Counted from the first letter of the whole stretch, positions 25,601-37,783 are shown. The stretch: DNA of 61,867 bases, filler included, from Fonticula-like sp. SCN 57-25 (GCA_001724245.1; 11 parts of 11 records of this genome joined end to end with filler, not necessarily neighbours in it); one strand, 5' to 3'. A program made the numbers and translations. Notes: generated by a model from the sequence alone, not told the origin.

Positions 25601-28134
25601 CCTGCGCCCCAGCGCATGTGCAACCTCAATGGTCAGTGGGCCACCGAGATCACCAACCCGTGCCAGCCGCTCTTCTGCACCAAGACGTCGCCCAGCTACT
25701 CTCCGTTCAACGCCGAGTGGCCCGAGTCCGTGCAGGCCGGCTTCTCGGCGTCGGGCACCTGCGTCGCAGGCTACTCGGGCATGACCTCGCGCATGTGCTT
25801 GCTCACTGGCGAATGGGGCACCCCGTCGCCGGCTTGCCAGCCGATCCAGTGCGCCGCCATCGGCAACGACGGCGCGCATAGCTCGTGGCCGCAGACGCAG
25901 GCCGGCCAGAGCGCCTCGGGCACGTGCCTCGCGGGCTACGAGGGCGCCCCGACGCGCCTCTGCAGCATAACCGGCCAGTGGGAGGAGGTCTCGTCGCCCT
26001 GCGCGCAGAAGAAGTGCCCGGCCGGCACCATCTCCAACAGCATGTGGAATGAGACGCTCGGCGGTCTTTCGGCCACGGGCATCTGCGTCCCTGGAACCAC
26101 CGGAACGGTCACGCGCTCGTGCTCGACGGACGGCATTTGGGGCCCGGTCATCGGGTCGTGCGTCGGTTTACTTTGCCCAGCCGAGACCGTGGACAACGCA
26201 GAGTGGCTCGAGACCCCCCAGGGCAACGTTGCCACAGGCTCCTGCGTGAACGGCTACGGCTCTGTTTCGACCCCCAGCCGTCCTTGCCTCGAGAACGGCG
26301 TTTGGGGTGCCATCACCGGCGACTGCGTTCGCCTCCAGTGCAATGCCGAGACCTTTGACAATGCCGAGTGGCCGCAGGTGGACTCGATGACGGACGGCAT
26401 CCGCGGAACTTGCGTTGCCGGTTGGCAGGGCGTCCCGCTGCGCAACTGCTCGGCGGCCGGGCTGTACTCTGCCGTGTCGAACCCGTGCGTCCGCATGACG
26501 TGCCCGCCGCTCGAGAACGAGTCTGGCGTTTGGCCGTCGGTCAACGCGGGCACGAGCGACGTCCAGGGCACCTGTATGGCCGGCTATGACGGGACGCCTG
26601 TGCGTAACTGTGCAATCAACGGCACGTGGAGCGCCATCGTCAGCGGCGAATGCGTTGCTCGCTCCTGCCAGGCCGAGACCGCGGGCCAGGTTAGTTGGCC
26701 GACGACCCCGGCCGGCGGCGTGGCCGGCGGCTCGTGCAGCGCGGGCTACTCTGGCAGCCCGTCGCGTTCCTGCTCATCGGTTGGCGAGTGGGAGGCCATT
26801 GTGAACCCCTGCGTTCAGAACATTTGCCCCGCCGTCACCGACGGCCATGTGGAGTGGCCCTCGACCCCCGCGCTGTCGCTCCCTGTGGAAGGTGTGTGCG
26901 AGCTTGGCTATTATGGCAACCCCACCCGCAGCTGCGATGCCGATGGCAACTGGGGCGCTATCTCGAACCCGTGCGCGCAGCTTCTTTGCCCCTCTGTCTA
27001 TGACGGCAACGCCAATTGGTCCCCCACGCCGGCAGGACAGAACGGCGTTGGCAACTGCACCGCCGGTTACGAGGGCACTCCAACGCGCGCTTGCCTCGCC
27101 GATGGCTCGTGGAACATGACGATTGTGAACCCCTGCCGGATCGCCTATGATGATTGCCCCAGCTCCACGGTTGGTGTGATTTTCTTCCCGCGCGCTGAAC
27201 CCGGCGAGACCGTCAACGGCACCTGCCCGACCGACTTTAAGAACTCGGAGAACGGCCCGCCGTACCGCCAATGCTACGCGAACGGAACGTGGGAGGCCGA
27301 GTATAGCAACCCGTGCGTGCTCATTCCCATTGACGCGTCGGGCACCCTGTCAAACTTGAAGTGGGTGAGCAAGACGTCCACCGAAGTGTCGCTCGCGTGG
27401 ACCGCTATCAACATGACCGAGAACACCGCCTTCCGTGTCGAGATCGCAGTGGGCACCAGTGCCTTTGCGATTGCAAACAGCGGCAACGCCGTCGGGCTCA
27501 CCACGCCCAGCGCCGTCGTCAAGAACCTGTTCCCGAACACCGACTACCTCTTCCGCGTGGCCGTTGGTGACAACACTGGCTACGACGAGGTCAACCACCT
27601 GACGCTCGCGGTCAAGACGTACATTACGCCCGCCACTAGCCTGACGCTCGACGCGGCAGAGAACGACGCCTTGACGTTCTCCTGGACGCCCTCGCCGCAG
27701 GCAGAGTACTACGAGTCGTACTACCGCGCTGTTGGCGTTGGCGCCCGCGCGGCCACAGATGGCTTCACGTTCTCTGAGCGCGTGGATGCCAGCGTTGGTA
27801 CCATGACGGTGAGCTCGCTTGAGCCCGGTCGCACCTATGAGGTTCTCCTTCTCTCTGGCCTCAACAACGAGACGGAGCAGGTTGGCGCTCGCTTGACGGT
27901 GAGCACCAAGTCGTTGACCGACAATATTATTGAGGACCCCGGTCTCGGCGCCAGCGGCACAATCATTGTGGCCGCCAGCGTGAGTGCTGTTGTCGTTCTC
28001 CTTGTGATTGTGGTCATCGTCGTGGTGGTCACGAGACGCCGCCAGACGCGCTCGGAAAAGATCTTTGAAAAGTACGGCGGCGTTGAATCGCTAGAGTCGC
28101 TCCAGATGTACAACAAGGCCCTCGTGCAGTCTCG
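22671..28134 (+). CDS. Large type I membrane protein: signal peptide, unknown N-domain, EGF-like, ~21 four-Cys HRM/sushi-like repeats, 2 FN3, TM; cytoplasmic part truncated
   Basis: Repeat consensus C-x7-9-WP-x-T-x6-G-x-C-x2-GY-x-G-x-P-x-R-x-C-x3-G-x-W-x5-PC, 18 copies in the long exon and 3 in upstream exons. FN3 motifs (LAWT..NLFPNTDY; FSWT..LEPGRTY); TM IIVAASVSAVVVLLVIVVIVVVV followed by RRR. Confidence 0.88.
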
Positions 28135-28234
28135 NNNNNNNNNNNNNNNNNNNNNNNNNNNNNNNNNNNNNNNNNNNNTTAATTAATTAANNNNNNNNNN
28201 NNNNNNNNNNNNNNNNNNNNNNNNNNNNNNNNNN

Positions 28235-29474
28235 CACAAACGCCTTTGCATCCTGCGCATCCACCGCCACGATCTGCTGCAAAAACCCACACTCTGTCCC
28301 CGCCACAATCTCAAATTCAACGCCGCCGAGCTGCAGCAAAAGTCGCCCGCTTTTTTTGACGACGAGCTTGCCGACGGTGCCTTCCTTGACGGCGCCGAAC
28401 GAGCTCTCAAAGGGCGCGTCGGTGCCGGGCGGCGGCGCGGACGGCGAGGGGCGCGCGGCGTCAACGTCGACGGCGTCGGCGGCAGAGTCGCCTTGCTGCT
28501 GCTGCTGCTGCTGCTGAGGCTGCTGAGGAGGAGGCTGGATGCCGGGGATGCTCGTGGGCAGCTGCAGGAAGAGGAGGGCGTCCTCGGCGAGGCGCAGGCC
28601 GTCGTCTTCCTCGACAAAGAGGTCCGCGGCGGGGCGGGGGAGGGTCGCAAGCACACTAGAGGGGGTGCGGCGCATGTAGGGGAGGACGAGGGGGCGGTCG
28701 GGGGCGTTCTGGGAGGCGCGGGGTCAGGGATCAGCAGGAAAAAAGCAGGAAAAAGAGCGTACGGCGGCGCCCATCGTGCCATTCTCATCGGCATCGTCGA
28801 GGAGATCGTCGTCGCTGTCGGAGCCCGCGACGTCGCCGACTGCGCCCGTGTCGGCCTTGGCGGTTGAGCGGGCGCGGTGGACAGTCTCGCCGCCGCCGAT
28901 GCCGCTGCCGGCGCTGCCGCCGCCGACGGATCGCCGCGAGGCGCTCTTTTCGTCATCGCGGCGGCTGCCGATGAAGGCGACATCGCCGTGCTGCGCGTGG
29001 TGCTGCTGGGACTGGTGGGAGCGGCCGCGGCCGTGGGTTTGGGAGGAGGCGGCGGCGGTGGCGGAGAGGGCGGCGCGGCCGCTCAGCGCGGACGGCGTCG
29101 GCTCCTGCTTGACCGATGCGGCAGGTTCACTAGAATAGATGTCAGTAATGGAATAGTGGAAGAAACAAGACGGACGGCTGCTTGACGCGGCGCGCAGAGG
29201 GAATGCTCGGCGTAAACTTTGTCTATTTGTGATGCGGTTAGATGACAGCGCAGCATGGGATCAGCGTGCCTTTTGAACACCGCCGAGGGTCACATCCGCA
29301 CGTGGCGGCGTCGATGATGACGACGCTTCAGGTTCGCTGCTTGCCTATTGCCACAAAAACAATACCAAATACGTATGAGAAAGACATGCTACAAACATAA
29401 TGAGAACACAATGTGAGGCGCACAGGCGCGGCCGCCCGCACGACCGGCGTGAACTTGCGCTTGGGCGCCGACAT
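28235..29474 (-). CDS. POLR3D: RNA polymerase III subunit RPC4/Rpc53 (3' end clipped)
   Basis: N-terminal KRKFTP; LFLQLPTSIP; EGTVGKLVVKKSGRLLLQLGGVEFEIVAGTECGFLQQIV. Confidence 0.9.
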
Positions 29475-29529
29475 GCTCACACGATGCAATGGTCTGGGGT
29501 GGAATCGTGCCTCTGTATTTGGGGTGGAT

Positions 29530-31105
29530 TCAGGCTGAGAATAAGAAATCTGGGGCAGAGTTTGGGGTGGAAGGGTTGCATTGCATTGTACAGGTCAAAT
29601 GGTGGCGGCGATGGTGGCGAGGCCGAGGATGGCGCATGAGAATGATCGAAAGAGCGGATCTAGTGGTACACGCATTTGGCTTAATGGCGCCGACACTGCT
29701 GTCCTTGCTAATACTTTTGTTAGCACATTTGTATCTGATCATCAGATTCGTACCGATGGGTATTGATTCGTCGAGGGCATCGCCAGAGATGATCCGCGCC
29801 ATGCAGCTGATGACAACACTGCTGCGATCCTGAATGTCCAACCGCTCAGCAATCCCTTTTATTGTCTCTTGAAGCTCGCCGCTCAAGCGCGCCAACTCTT
29901 GAACGAGTCTTGTCGCCAGAAATGATCTTGCTTTTCGCAGCGGCAGCCGCGCGTACGCCATGCACAGCGCCTCTGCGTCGGCCTGCGGCACTTGCTGAGG
30001 GTTTTTGTTGAATAAAATAGACACAATTGATGTCGCCATTGACGTTGCGTGCATTGTCGTGACGGTGCTTTCATCGTCCTCATGCGCTGACGACCGCAGT
30101 CCATCTAAAATATGTTAGATAAATAACATCATATTCAATGTCGTACTGCCGAGCTGCTCAAGGATGAGAATGCATGTGCGCACACAGTCGCCTGGCTGAG
30201 CATGTGACGCGTCACAGAGCGATGCGAGCGTGACGAGCACGTGGTGAAGGGCGACGCGTGGCAGGTGGGCGCGCGACCGTTCTTTGTATGGTGGCCGCTC
30301 AACACCAAAGGAGGGCGCGCTATTGACAATGTGCATGTCGAGGCGGCCGACCGACTGCGCAAGAAGAACTACAAAAGGGTTAGATTGTGATAATGATAAT
30401 AAAGGACGCACAGCAGTAGAGCAGAGCGGGGTCAGTGATGACTCCTAGTTGAAGCGGCGGGTCCGGCGGCTGCGGCGCTAGAGGTACAGTCGAGCTAGAA
30501 TTTGACGGAGTTTCATTGCTTGTATTGGGTTGTTCAGCAGCAGTTGACGCTTGTACATTTCTCGTGTCATTTGAGCGCGGTTGAGCGGGTACACTTGATG
30601 ATTTACTTGCTGCTGTGCTCGCTGCATTGACGGCCGTCGTCGCTTGTTTTGCTGTTGTTTCACGCGGCACAATATTCGTTTCTGCTTCGGCAGTGTTTGA
30701 TGTCGCCTGCGTCGCTGCCGTTTCGGCGGTATTTGTCGGGCCACTCGCCGATAAATGAGCTTGTTCCCGCGCGGCAGGCTCATGCGCTACAGGCAGCTGC
30801 GTGACGGCATTGTACTGAGTCCACGGCGGTGGCGTTAATACCCCGCGCGCCAACGTCGGTGTAGGTGCAGCCCGCTTCTCGCCGCCGCGGAGCGCGGTGC
30901 TCAGCGCCGCCAGATGATCACGCACAGTCGCCGTCGGCGGCTTGCTTCGAAGCACCGCAACCGCCTGCAACACTGTTAGCACCGCACGCGCGTTCAAATA
31001 ATACGCACGAGTCCGACCCACGCCACCGAAGAGTACATGTCGGCACTTGGCGCCATCATCGGCCGCGACACCAAGCAGAAAGCAGAATTCATATTGGGCG
31101 CTCAA
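29530..31105 (-). CDS. Hypothetical multi-exon protein with Thr/Ala/Ser-rich linker
   Basis: Successive minus-strand ORFs 30380-31105, 30115-30411 and 29530-30054, separated by short intron-like gaps. No family recognised. Confidence 0.5.
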
Positions 31106-31139
31106 TGCATATCAGGCAGTTTGCAGTTTGCAATGTATG

Positions 31140-31160
31140 ATTCCCGCCAACTTTCAAAAA
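31140..31160. promoter_or_regulatory. E2F-like site (TTCCCGCC) plus CHR-like TTTGAA (reverse strand) in a bidirectional promoter
   Basis: ATTCCCGCCAACTTTCAAAAA lies in the 78-bp gap between two divergent ATGs. Confidence 0.45.
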
Positions 31161-31183
31161 ATCATTGACGGTTATTCGCGGCG

Positions 31184-33764
31184 ATGGACGAGCTGAATGA
31201 GCAGCAGCGTCTCGCTGTGACGTACGAGCCGCACGGGGCGCTCGTGGTGGTGGCGGGACCCGGGAGCGGCAAGACAAAGGTGGTTGTGCATCGGATCGCG
31301 CACATGATTGACGTGCTTCATGCCGCGCCATCATCAATCGTGCTCGTGACGTTTACCAACAAAGGTGCGCCACCCCCGTCTGTCATTGGACTGCGCGCTA
31401 AATGTCGTTTAGCCGCACGCGAAATGAAGCGCCGCGTGCGCGTGCTTGTCGGCGATGAGCGCGCGACACAGATCATTATGGGCACCTTTCATTCCGTTTG
31501 CGCGCGGTATCTCCGCAAGCATGGCGCCGCCGTCGGCATCCGCCCCTCCTTTTCCGTGCTCGATTCCTCCGAGAGCCGCGCCGTCATCAAGCGCATTCTC
31601 GACCGCCTCAAAATGACGGACATCCCCGTCGACCAGATGGCGCATTTCATCTCTTCCGCCAAGAATCGCAGCAAGACTGTCGACACTTCCGGCAAGGACG
31701 CCGCCTCGCACGATCGCATGCGCGTCTTTGCCGCGTACAATGATCAGCTGCGCGACGACAACTCGCTCGACTTTGACGACCTTCTCCACTTTGGCCAGCT
31801 TTTATTTTCCGAGCGCCCCGACGTGCTTTCCGCCATCCGCCACGTGCTCGTCGACGAGTTCCAGGACACGAACGAGCTCCAATACGACCTCGCGCGGTCG
31901 CTGTGCCGCACGACGGCGTCGCTCACCGTCGTCGGCGACCCCGACCAGTCCATCTACGGCTGGCGCCACGCGACGGCGTCCAACCTCACGCGGCGGCTGC
32001 GCGTCGACTATGAGCAGTGCGAGACAATCACGCTCGACACAAATTACCGCTCGACAAGCAGCATCGTACGCGGCAGCCAGCTCGTCATCGAGAGCGGTAC
32101 GAAAGACATTTTTTCGCTATTTTTGCGCACATTTTTAACCTCATTTTAAATAGAACCCGGTCGAAATAAACGTCTTTTCTGCACAGAAAACACGACCGGC
32201 GAGCCAATCAGCATGCTCAAATTCGATGACGGCGCGAGCGAAGCCTCCTTCATCGCCGGCGAAATCGCCCGCCTCTTCCGCGCCTCCCAAGGCCTATTCG
32301 ACTACAGCGACTTTAGCGTCCTTTTGCGCACAAATTCAATGTCACGTGGCTTTGAAGAAGCCCTTTCCCAGCGCGGCATTAAATACCGCGTCGTCGGCGG
32401 GCTCCGCTTCTTTGACCGCGCCGACATTAAAAACTGCATTGCCTACCTGCGCGTCGCCGCCAACGCCCACGACGCCGCGTCATGTGACCGCGTCATCAAC
32501 TTGCCGCCACGTGGGATTGGTGACGTCACGCTCGAGGCGATGCGCAGGGCGGCGCGCGAGCGGGGGTGTTCCTTGTATGAGGTGGCAAAGATGTGCGCCA
32601 ATGGGGGGGCGGCGGCGCTCAATATAAAGAGGGCGGGCGAAGTAAAGTCATTTGTTGATACGATTGAAATGTTACAACGAATGGTCGCAGAGGTACGAAA
32701 GAGGAAAAATGGGCTTATTATAAAGCTAATATGTGGTGAGTAGAAGGCGAGGCTGCAGGATATGTTGCGTGCGCTGGTGGAAAAGACAAAGTATGAGGCG
32801 TTTCTGGTTCAGAGGCACAAGGAAGACGCAGACACGCGATGGGAAAACGTTCAAGGTGCGATACAATATATGGATTGTGCTGTTTTTTCTATTTAGATTT
32901 TGATCATTTTTGTGTCATTTCGGTCAATTTCAGTCATTTTGACCACTGTTTGTGCACATTTTTTTTCGTTTCGCCCTCTTTTTTCGCACTTTTTTCGCAC
33001 TTTACCAACATTTTACTTACCTTTTCCCTCAGAATTGATCAGTTATGCGGGCGATTTCGAAACAGAACACTCTTCCGACCCCGATCTCCTCACCCGCTTC
33101 CTCGACAGCGCCGTCATGGAAAGCGACGGCGGCGACAAAAAATCCCAAGAAGCCGCCGCCGCCTCGCTCGGCTTCGTCACCCTGAGCACGATGCACGCGG
33201 CCAAAGGCCTCGAGTGGCCCGTCGTGTTCGTCCCCGGCCTCGAGTCCGGCGTCATCCCGCACCAGCGCAGCGCCGAGACGCCCGGCGGCCTCGACGAGGA
33301 GCGCCGCCTGCTCTACGTGGCCATGACGCGCGCGCAGGCGCTGCTGTACATGTCGTATGTGGGGCGCCGCACGGTGAATGGCGACAGCAGCGCGAGGAGA
33401 TTTAGCCCTTTTTTGTACCCGCTCGTGCGCGCTGGTGAGCCGATGCAGTTGGGGTGCAAGTTTGTGGGGAGCTGCCGAATGGGGCCGCCGACAATTGGCG
33501 CGGAATTTCTGGTTGAAACGGACGCGCTGCTGCACAAAAGTGTGTTTTCAAGTAAAAAACCGCTTGAAAACTGCATTGATTATGTGCCGGCGGCGGTCGT
33601 TGAACGCGTAAATACGTTTCAATTTGCGCGCGAACAGGAAAATCAAGAGTGGAAAAGCAGCGAAAAAGGCGGCGCAAAGCGATTTCTCCTCTTTGAAAAC
33701 GACATTGACTTGTACGACGGCGACGAAGCAAGCCTACCAATGACGTCACCGATGACGTCATATT
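31184..33764 (+). CDS. UvrD/PcrA/Srs2-like SF1A DNA helicase (3' partial)
   Basis: AGPGSGKT, GTFHS, VDEFQDTN, VVGDPDQSIYGWR, NYRST, STMHAAKGLEWPVVF, EERRLLYVAMTRA; introns include 32856-33032. Confidence 0.95.
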
Positions 33765-33869
33765 NNNNNNNNNNNNNNNNNNNNNNNNNNNNNNNNNNNN
33801 NNNNNNNNTTAATTAATTAANNNNNNNNNNNNNNNNNNNNNNNNNNNNNNNNNNNNNNNNNNNNATGTC

Positions 33870-34967
33870 ATGACAAAAATTCAATATGCAATCAAGAAGA
33901 TACTGGTCAATAACGAGTACGTTCATGAATACTCAAGGAAGATAACTTGTTTTTACAAATGCAATAATAGTTTTCTCCTCCCACGTGCTACTGCACTCCA
34001 TATTTATGAGCATTTTGATCTTGTGCGTAATTGCGTAGCTTCCAGTAATTGTATCAATCTCGTTGAATATTTGGATTCATTTGTCGAGGAGAAGGGACCA
34101 GATCAGTACGAATTTTACATTGTTATGGAATTATGCGAAAATGGTTCAGTCAAAGAACTTTGCAAGTCCAAGATGCATCAGATACATACAAGTAAGGCGA
34201 ATGTTCTTTCGCCAATCACTTTATTCACTACTTTCCACAAACCGAGTAACAAGCATCAAGAAACTACACCTGGAGATGCAGAAGCGCTTCGCTATGCGAT
34301 CCAAATTGCAAAGGGGGTCAAGGAACTCCACGATAGACGACTGGTGCATTGTGACTTAAAGATGGATAACGTGTTGGCAACTCAACTTGGATCTGTGCTC
34401 AAAGTTGGTGACTTTGGACGAATACAGCAGCTTGATAATTTGATATATAAGGGACCCATAGGTTCCATTGGCTATATGGCACCAGAATTAATGGCCTCAG
34501 ATGGCCTCGTAACCACAGCATCAGATATCTTTTCGTTGGGGGTTATTCTGTTTGAACTCATGACTGGTTCTATCACCACAGTGGACACACAAGAAAACTG
34601 GATTATGAGTCGTGAGATTGCTAAGAATGAGTCACAAGCACACAAGAAACTTCGAGCAGAGTTGAAAAAGTTTGGTTACTGTTTAGAGTTGACCAAGCTC
34701 ACTATTTCCATGCTCTCGCTACAGGCGAAGAAACGACCAACCATTCCACAGGTCTTAGCAGAACTTCAAACCATAAAGGACTCCAAATTTGCACATGATG
34801 TACAGCTCTTGGAGTGGCAGGACCGCTTCTTGTTGTTGGAGAAGGAGCTGGAGAAGGAGCGATCCGTACGAATGACACTGTCCACTCTATTGGAGAAGGA
34901 GAGATTGAAGGCTCGGAGGGCACAATTGGAGCTTGACAGTTTGAAGAAGAAATTGCCCGCCCAGTAA
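33870..34967 (+). CDS. Ser/Thr protein kinase with C-terminal coiled coil (intronless, probably 5' partial)
   Basis: YAIKKI, HCDLKMDN, DFG, YMAPE, SDIFSLG. The Gly-rich loop is absent, consistent with truncation at the contig start. Confidence 0.88.
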   Translation: MTKIQYAIKKILVNNEYVHEYSRKITCFYKCNNSFLLPRATALHIYEHFDLVRNCVASSNCINLVEYLDSFVEEKGPDQYEFYIVMELCENGSVKELCKSKMHQIHTSKANVLSPITLFTTFHKPSNKHQETTPGDAEALRYAIQIAKGVKELHDRRLVHCDLKMDNVLATQLGSVLKVGDFGRIQQLDNLIYKGPIGSIGYMAPELMASDGLVTTASDIFSLGVILFELMTGSITTVDTQENWIMSREIAKNESQAHKKLRAELKKFGYCLELTKLTISMLSLQAKKRPTIPQVLAELQTIKDSKFAHDVQLLEWQDRFLLLEKELEKERSVRMTLSTLLEKERLKARRAQLELDSLKKKLPAQ

Positions 34968-35256
34968 CCCAATGAGAAGAGGTGTACTGGTTGATTGTAA
35001 TTCAAGAGGGAATAGCTCTTCAATCCCTTGATACCAACCTTTATTCGAACAAGAAAGTTTATCAATTTTTCCAAGTTACCAATGCAAGGAGGGATGTCTT
35101 CAGGAAGTCAAAAAACCTCTATTATGGCTGTTGAATCAGAATAAATGCTGCATTTTTAAATGAACCACAGAATTTCAATCGTTTCCCCCGCTTTTTACCC
35201 TTGACAGGATCGTAAGGTGTTGTAATTCTCGTACCCAGTCAACCGAGTGTGTATCA

Positions 35257-36167
35257 ATGGCCGAGGAAGCAAAGAGAAAAGCCGCGTACCAAGCTGTAGA
35301 GGAGAACGTTACCAAGGACACCCGAATTGTTGGAATAGGAAGTGGCTCTACAGGTTTGTGAACAATTTGATTTTGAAAACTAAACATTGAAACATACAAA
35401 ATATTCAAAACAAACAAACACTGTATTCAAAACAAATGATGCATTCAAAACACTTAAAACCAACACATTCAACACAAACAAAACACCCAACACAAACATA
35501 TTCAAAACATCATGTGAACGCATTCCAAAACCTTGCAGTGGTTTACCTTGTTGAACGATTGGCTTCGTTTGTGAGCGAGCATAAGCTGAAGCCAATTCGT
35601 TGCGTGCCGACAAGCTACCAAGCAAAGGAGTTGATCCTGCAGAATCCCCAGGCCCTAATCCTCTCCTCGCTGGATGTCGATCCAGAGTTGCAGGTCGCAT
35701 TCGACGGTGCAGATGAGCTGGACCGCCATTTCAATTGCATCAAGGGCGGCGGCGGAGCGCTCTTCCAGGAGAAGGTGGTCGCCAGTTGCGCGAAGCGATT
35801 CGTAATTGTCGCAGATTACCGGAAGGACAGCGACTCCCTCGGCGAGCAGTACAAGCGCGGCGTACCCGTTGAAGTGCTGCCACTCGCAACGGTGCCCGTG
35901 CTCAAGAGGCTGCACGCGCAGTTCCCGCAGTACAGACCCGTTGTGAGACAGGCTGGCGCATCAAAAATTGGGCCTCTCGTGACGGACAATGGCAACTTCA
36001 TCATTGATCTGCAGTTGCAGGGAGAGGTGATCAAGAATCCACCAGCGTTGCACAGCGAATTGAAGCAAATCGCAGGGGTAATTGAGACTGGCTTGTTCTG
36101 CAACATGGTACACTCCGTCTATTTTGGCATGGAAGATGGCAGTGTCGTGAAAAAGTGCAACCCATGA
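35257..36167 (+). CDS. RPIA: Ribose-5-phosphate isomerase A
   Basis: VGIGSGST|V, DGADE, IKGGGGALFQEKVVA, VTDNGNFIID, GVIETGLF; intron 35354-35538. Confidence 0.97.
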
Positions 36168-36559
36168 GATAGTATTTCCAGAGGGTGGGAGAAATGTAGA
36201 GGAAAGAGAGAGAAACAGAGGGAAGGTGAGAGAGAAATATAGAGAAAAACAGAGGAAAGGGAGAGAAGTACACTGAAATACAGTGAAAAACAGAGAAATA
36301 CAGGATGTAAAAAGAAGATGATAAAATGCAGAGAATATGTGATGAAAAACGTATCAATTGGTTTGCAGCAGGAACATTTTTATTGGAAACCACGCAGATT
36401 TGCCCCCAACAGCGAGGAACCCAGTGAAAACGAGAGAGGAAGTGAGGAGAGAGGAAGTGAGGAGAGGAGAGAGGAGTGAAGAGAGGGAGTAAGAGATTAA
36501 AGAGAGGAGTGAGGAGATTGAAGAGAGATTTGACACACAGAGGAACGCAGTGCTTCTTA

Positions 36560-37783
36560 TTAGAGACAGGAACGCAGATAGACTACTGTCTTGCTGCCAA
36601 TTGCAAACAATGCCACCCAAAAACTGAGAATCGCTAGTTGTATCATTTTGAGCCTCATCGGATCCACATTCAACTTCATGTGCTGCTGCTGCATATTCTG
36701 GTCCTGCTTACTGTGCTTCCCATTCTGTTGCTTCACTCCACTTTGTTCCTGTTGCACTCCATTCTGTTGCTTCACCCCACTTTGTTCCTGTTGCACTCCA
36801 TTCTGTTGCACCCCATTCTGTTCCTGTTGCTTCACCCCATTCTGTTCCTGGTGAACGTCTGGAACGAGACCATTATGATTGCGCTTGAGATTGCTGATCA
36901 TCTTCTCCTTCTCCTTGAACCTCTCGTAGCACCAGTCCGCGAGTGCGCGCTTATCATGGGTCGGTGGGAGTTCCGAGATTGCAAATCTCTTCACATGCAC
37001 ATACACTTTGAACCCAGTGAACGCGCGCGGGTTCGTGAAAATCTGGATGATATTCGGCGCCACATGGTGCTCCCCATAGCCAATTGTGAAATCATAGATG
37101 TGGGTGATGTGCCGGTTCGGCAGCGCGCACATTTGTCCAACCGTCGCCAGGAACCCCTTTGTGCGCGGGATCAGCACGTGCTCGAATTTCAGATCCTCGC
37201 GCTGCAGCACCCGCTCTGCGAACGCGTGGCTCTCGCGCATGTGGCGCTCCGTGAACCGCGTGCCCTCCAGAAAACAGACGAGCCACAATGGCGCGCGCTG
37301 CTGCACCCTCAGATGCGCAAATGTGCGCGCGATGCTTCGCTCGTCCTGCTCCCAGTTCCGCTTCAGCATGATCATCCCCGATTGCTGGATCCCGAAACCG
37401 ATCAGTGGGATCCACTTGAGCTCCTCCTTTGCAAAGTACTTGACCCCGTTGATCACACCCTTGCGCAGGGCGACGGAGTGGAGCGCGAGAAAATCCGTGT
37501 AGCTCAGATGATTGCTGAGCACCAGTGCGTTCTCCCCCTGCTGGACACCGGGAAGGTCGTCACCCGTGAGCACGCATTCGATACCGGCTACTCGCTCGAA
37601 CACATCTTGGAACATTTGCTGCACTAATCCGAAGAGCCACCCGTTGATCGCCACCGCCTGGCCTGGTGACACGTAGGAGAGCACAAATGTGGCGCATTGC
37701 ACAAGGTTCATGAAACCGAGTGTGCCCACTATTGGCCCAAAGTAGAGGAGTCCGTTCAATGCTCGCCAAAAAAGTGCGCTCAT
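36560..37783 (-). CDS. PlsC-family lysophospholipid acyltransferase (LPAAT/LCLAT-like)
   Basis: NHLSYTD (NHxxxxD), FAKEELKWIP, FLEGTR, VLIPRTKGF, YDFTIGY; Gln-rich insertion near the C-terminus. Confidence 0.93.
   Translation of the reverse strand: MSALFWRALNGLLYFGPIVGTLGFMNLVQCATFVLSYVSPGQAVAINGWLFGLVQQMFQDVFERVAGIECVLTGDDLPGVQQGENALVLSNHLSYTDFLALHSVALRKGVINGVKYFAKEELKWIPLIGFGIQQSGMIMLKRNWEQDERSIARTFAHLRVQQRAPLWLVCFLEGTRFTERHMRESHAFAERVLQREDLKFEHVLIPRTKGFLATVGQMCALPNRHITHIYDFTIGYGEHHVAPNIIQIFTNPRAFTGFKVYVHVKRFAISELPPTHDKRALADWCYERFKEKEKMISNLKRNHNGLVPDVHQEQNGVKQQEQNGVQQNGVQQEQSGVKQQNGVQQEQSGVKQQNGKHSKQDQNMQQQHMKLNVDPMRLKMIQLAILSFWVALFAIGSKTVVYLRSCL

Noticed and set aside
31184-33764. UvrD-like helicase, BCAT or asparaginase as recent bacterial transfers
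   Set aside because: All carry spliceosomal introns and belong to families with established eukaryotic members; nothing here indicates recent transfer.
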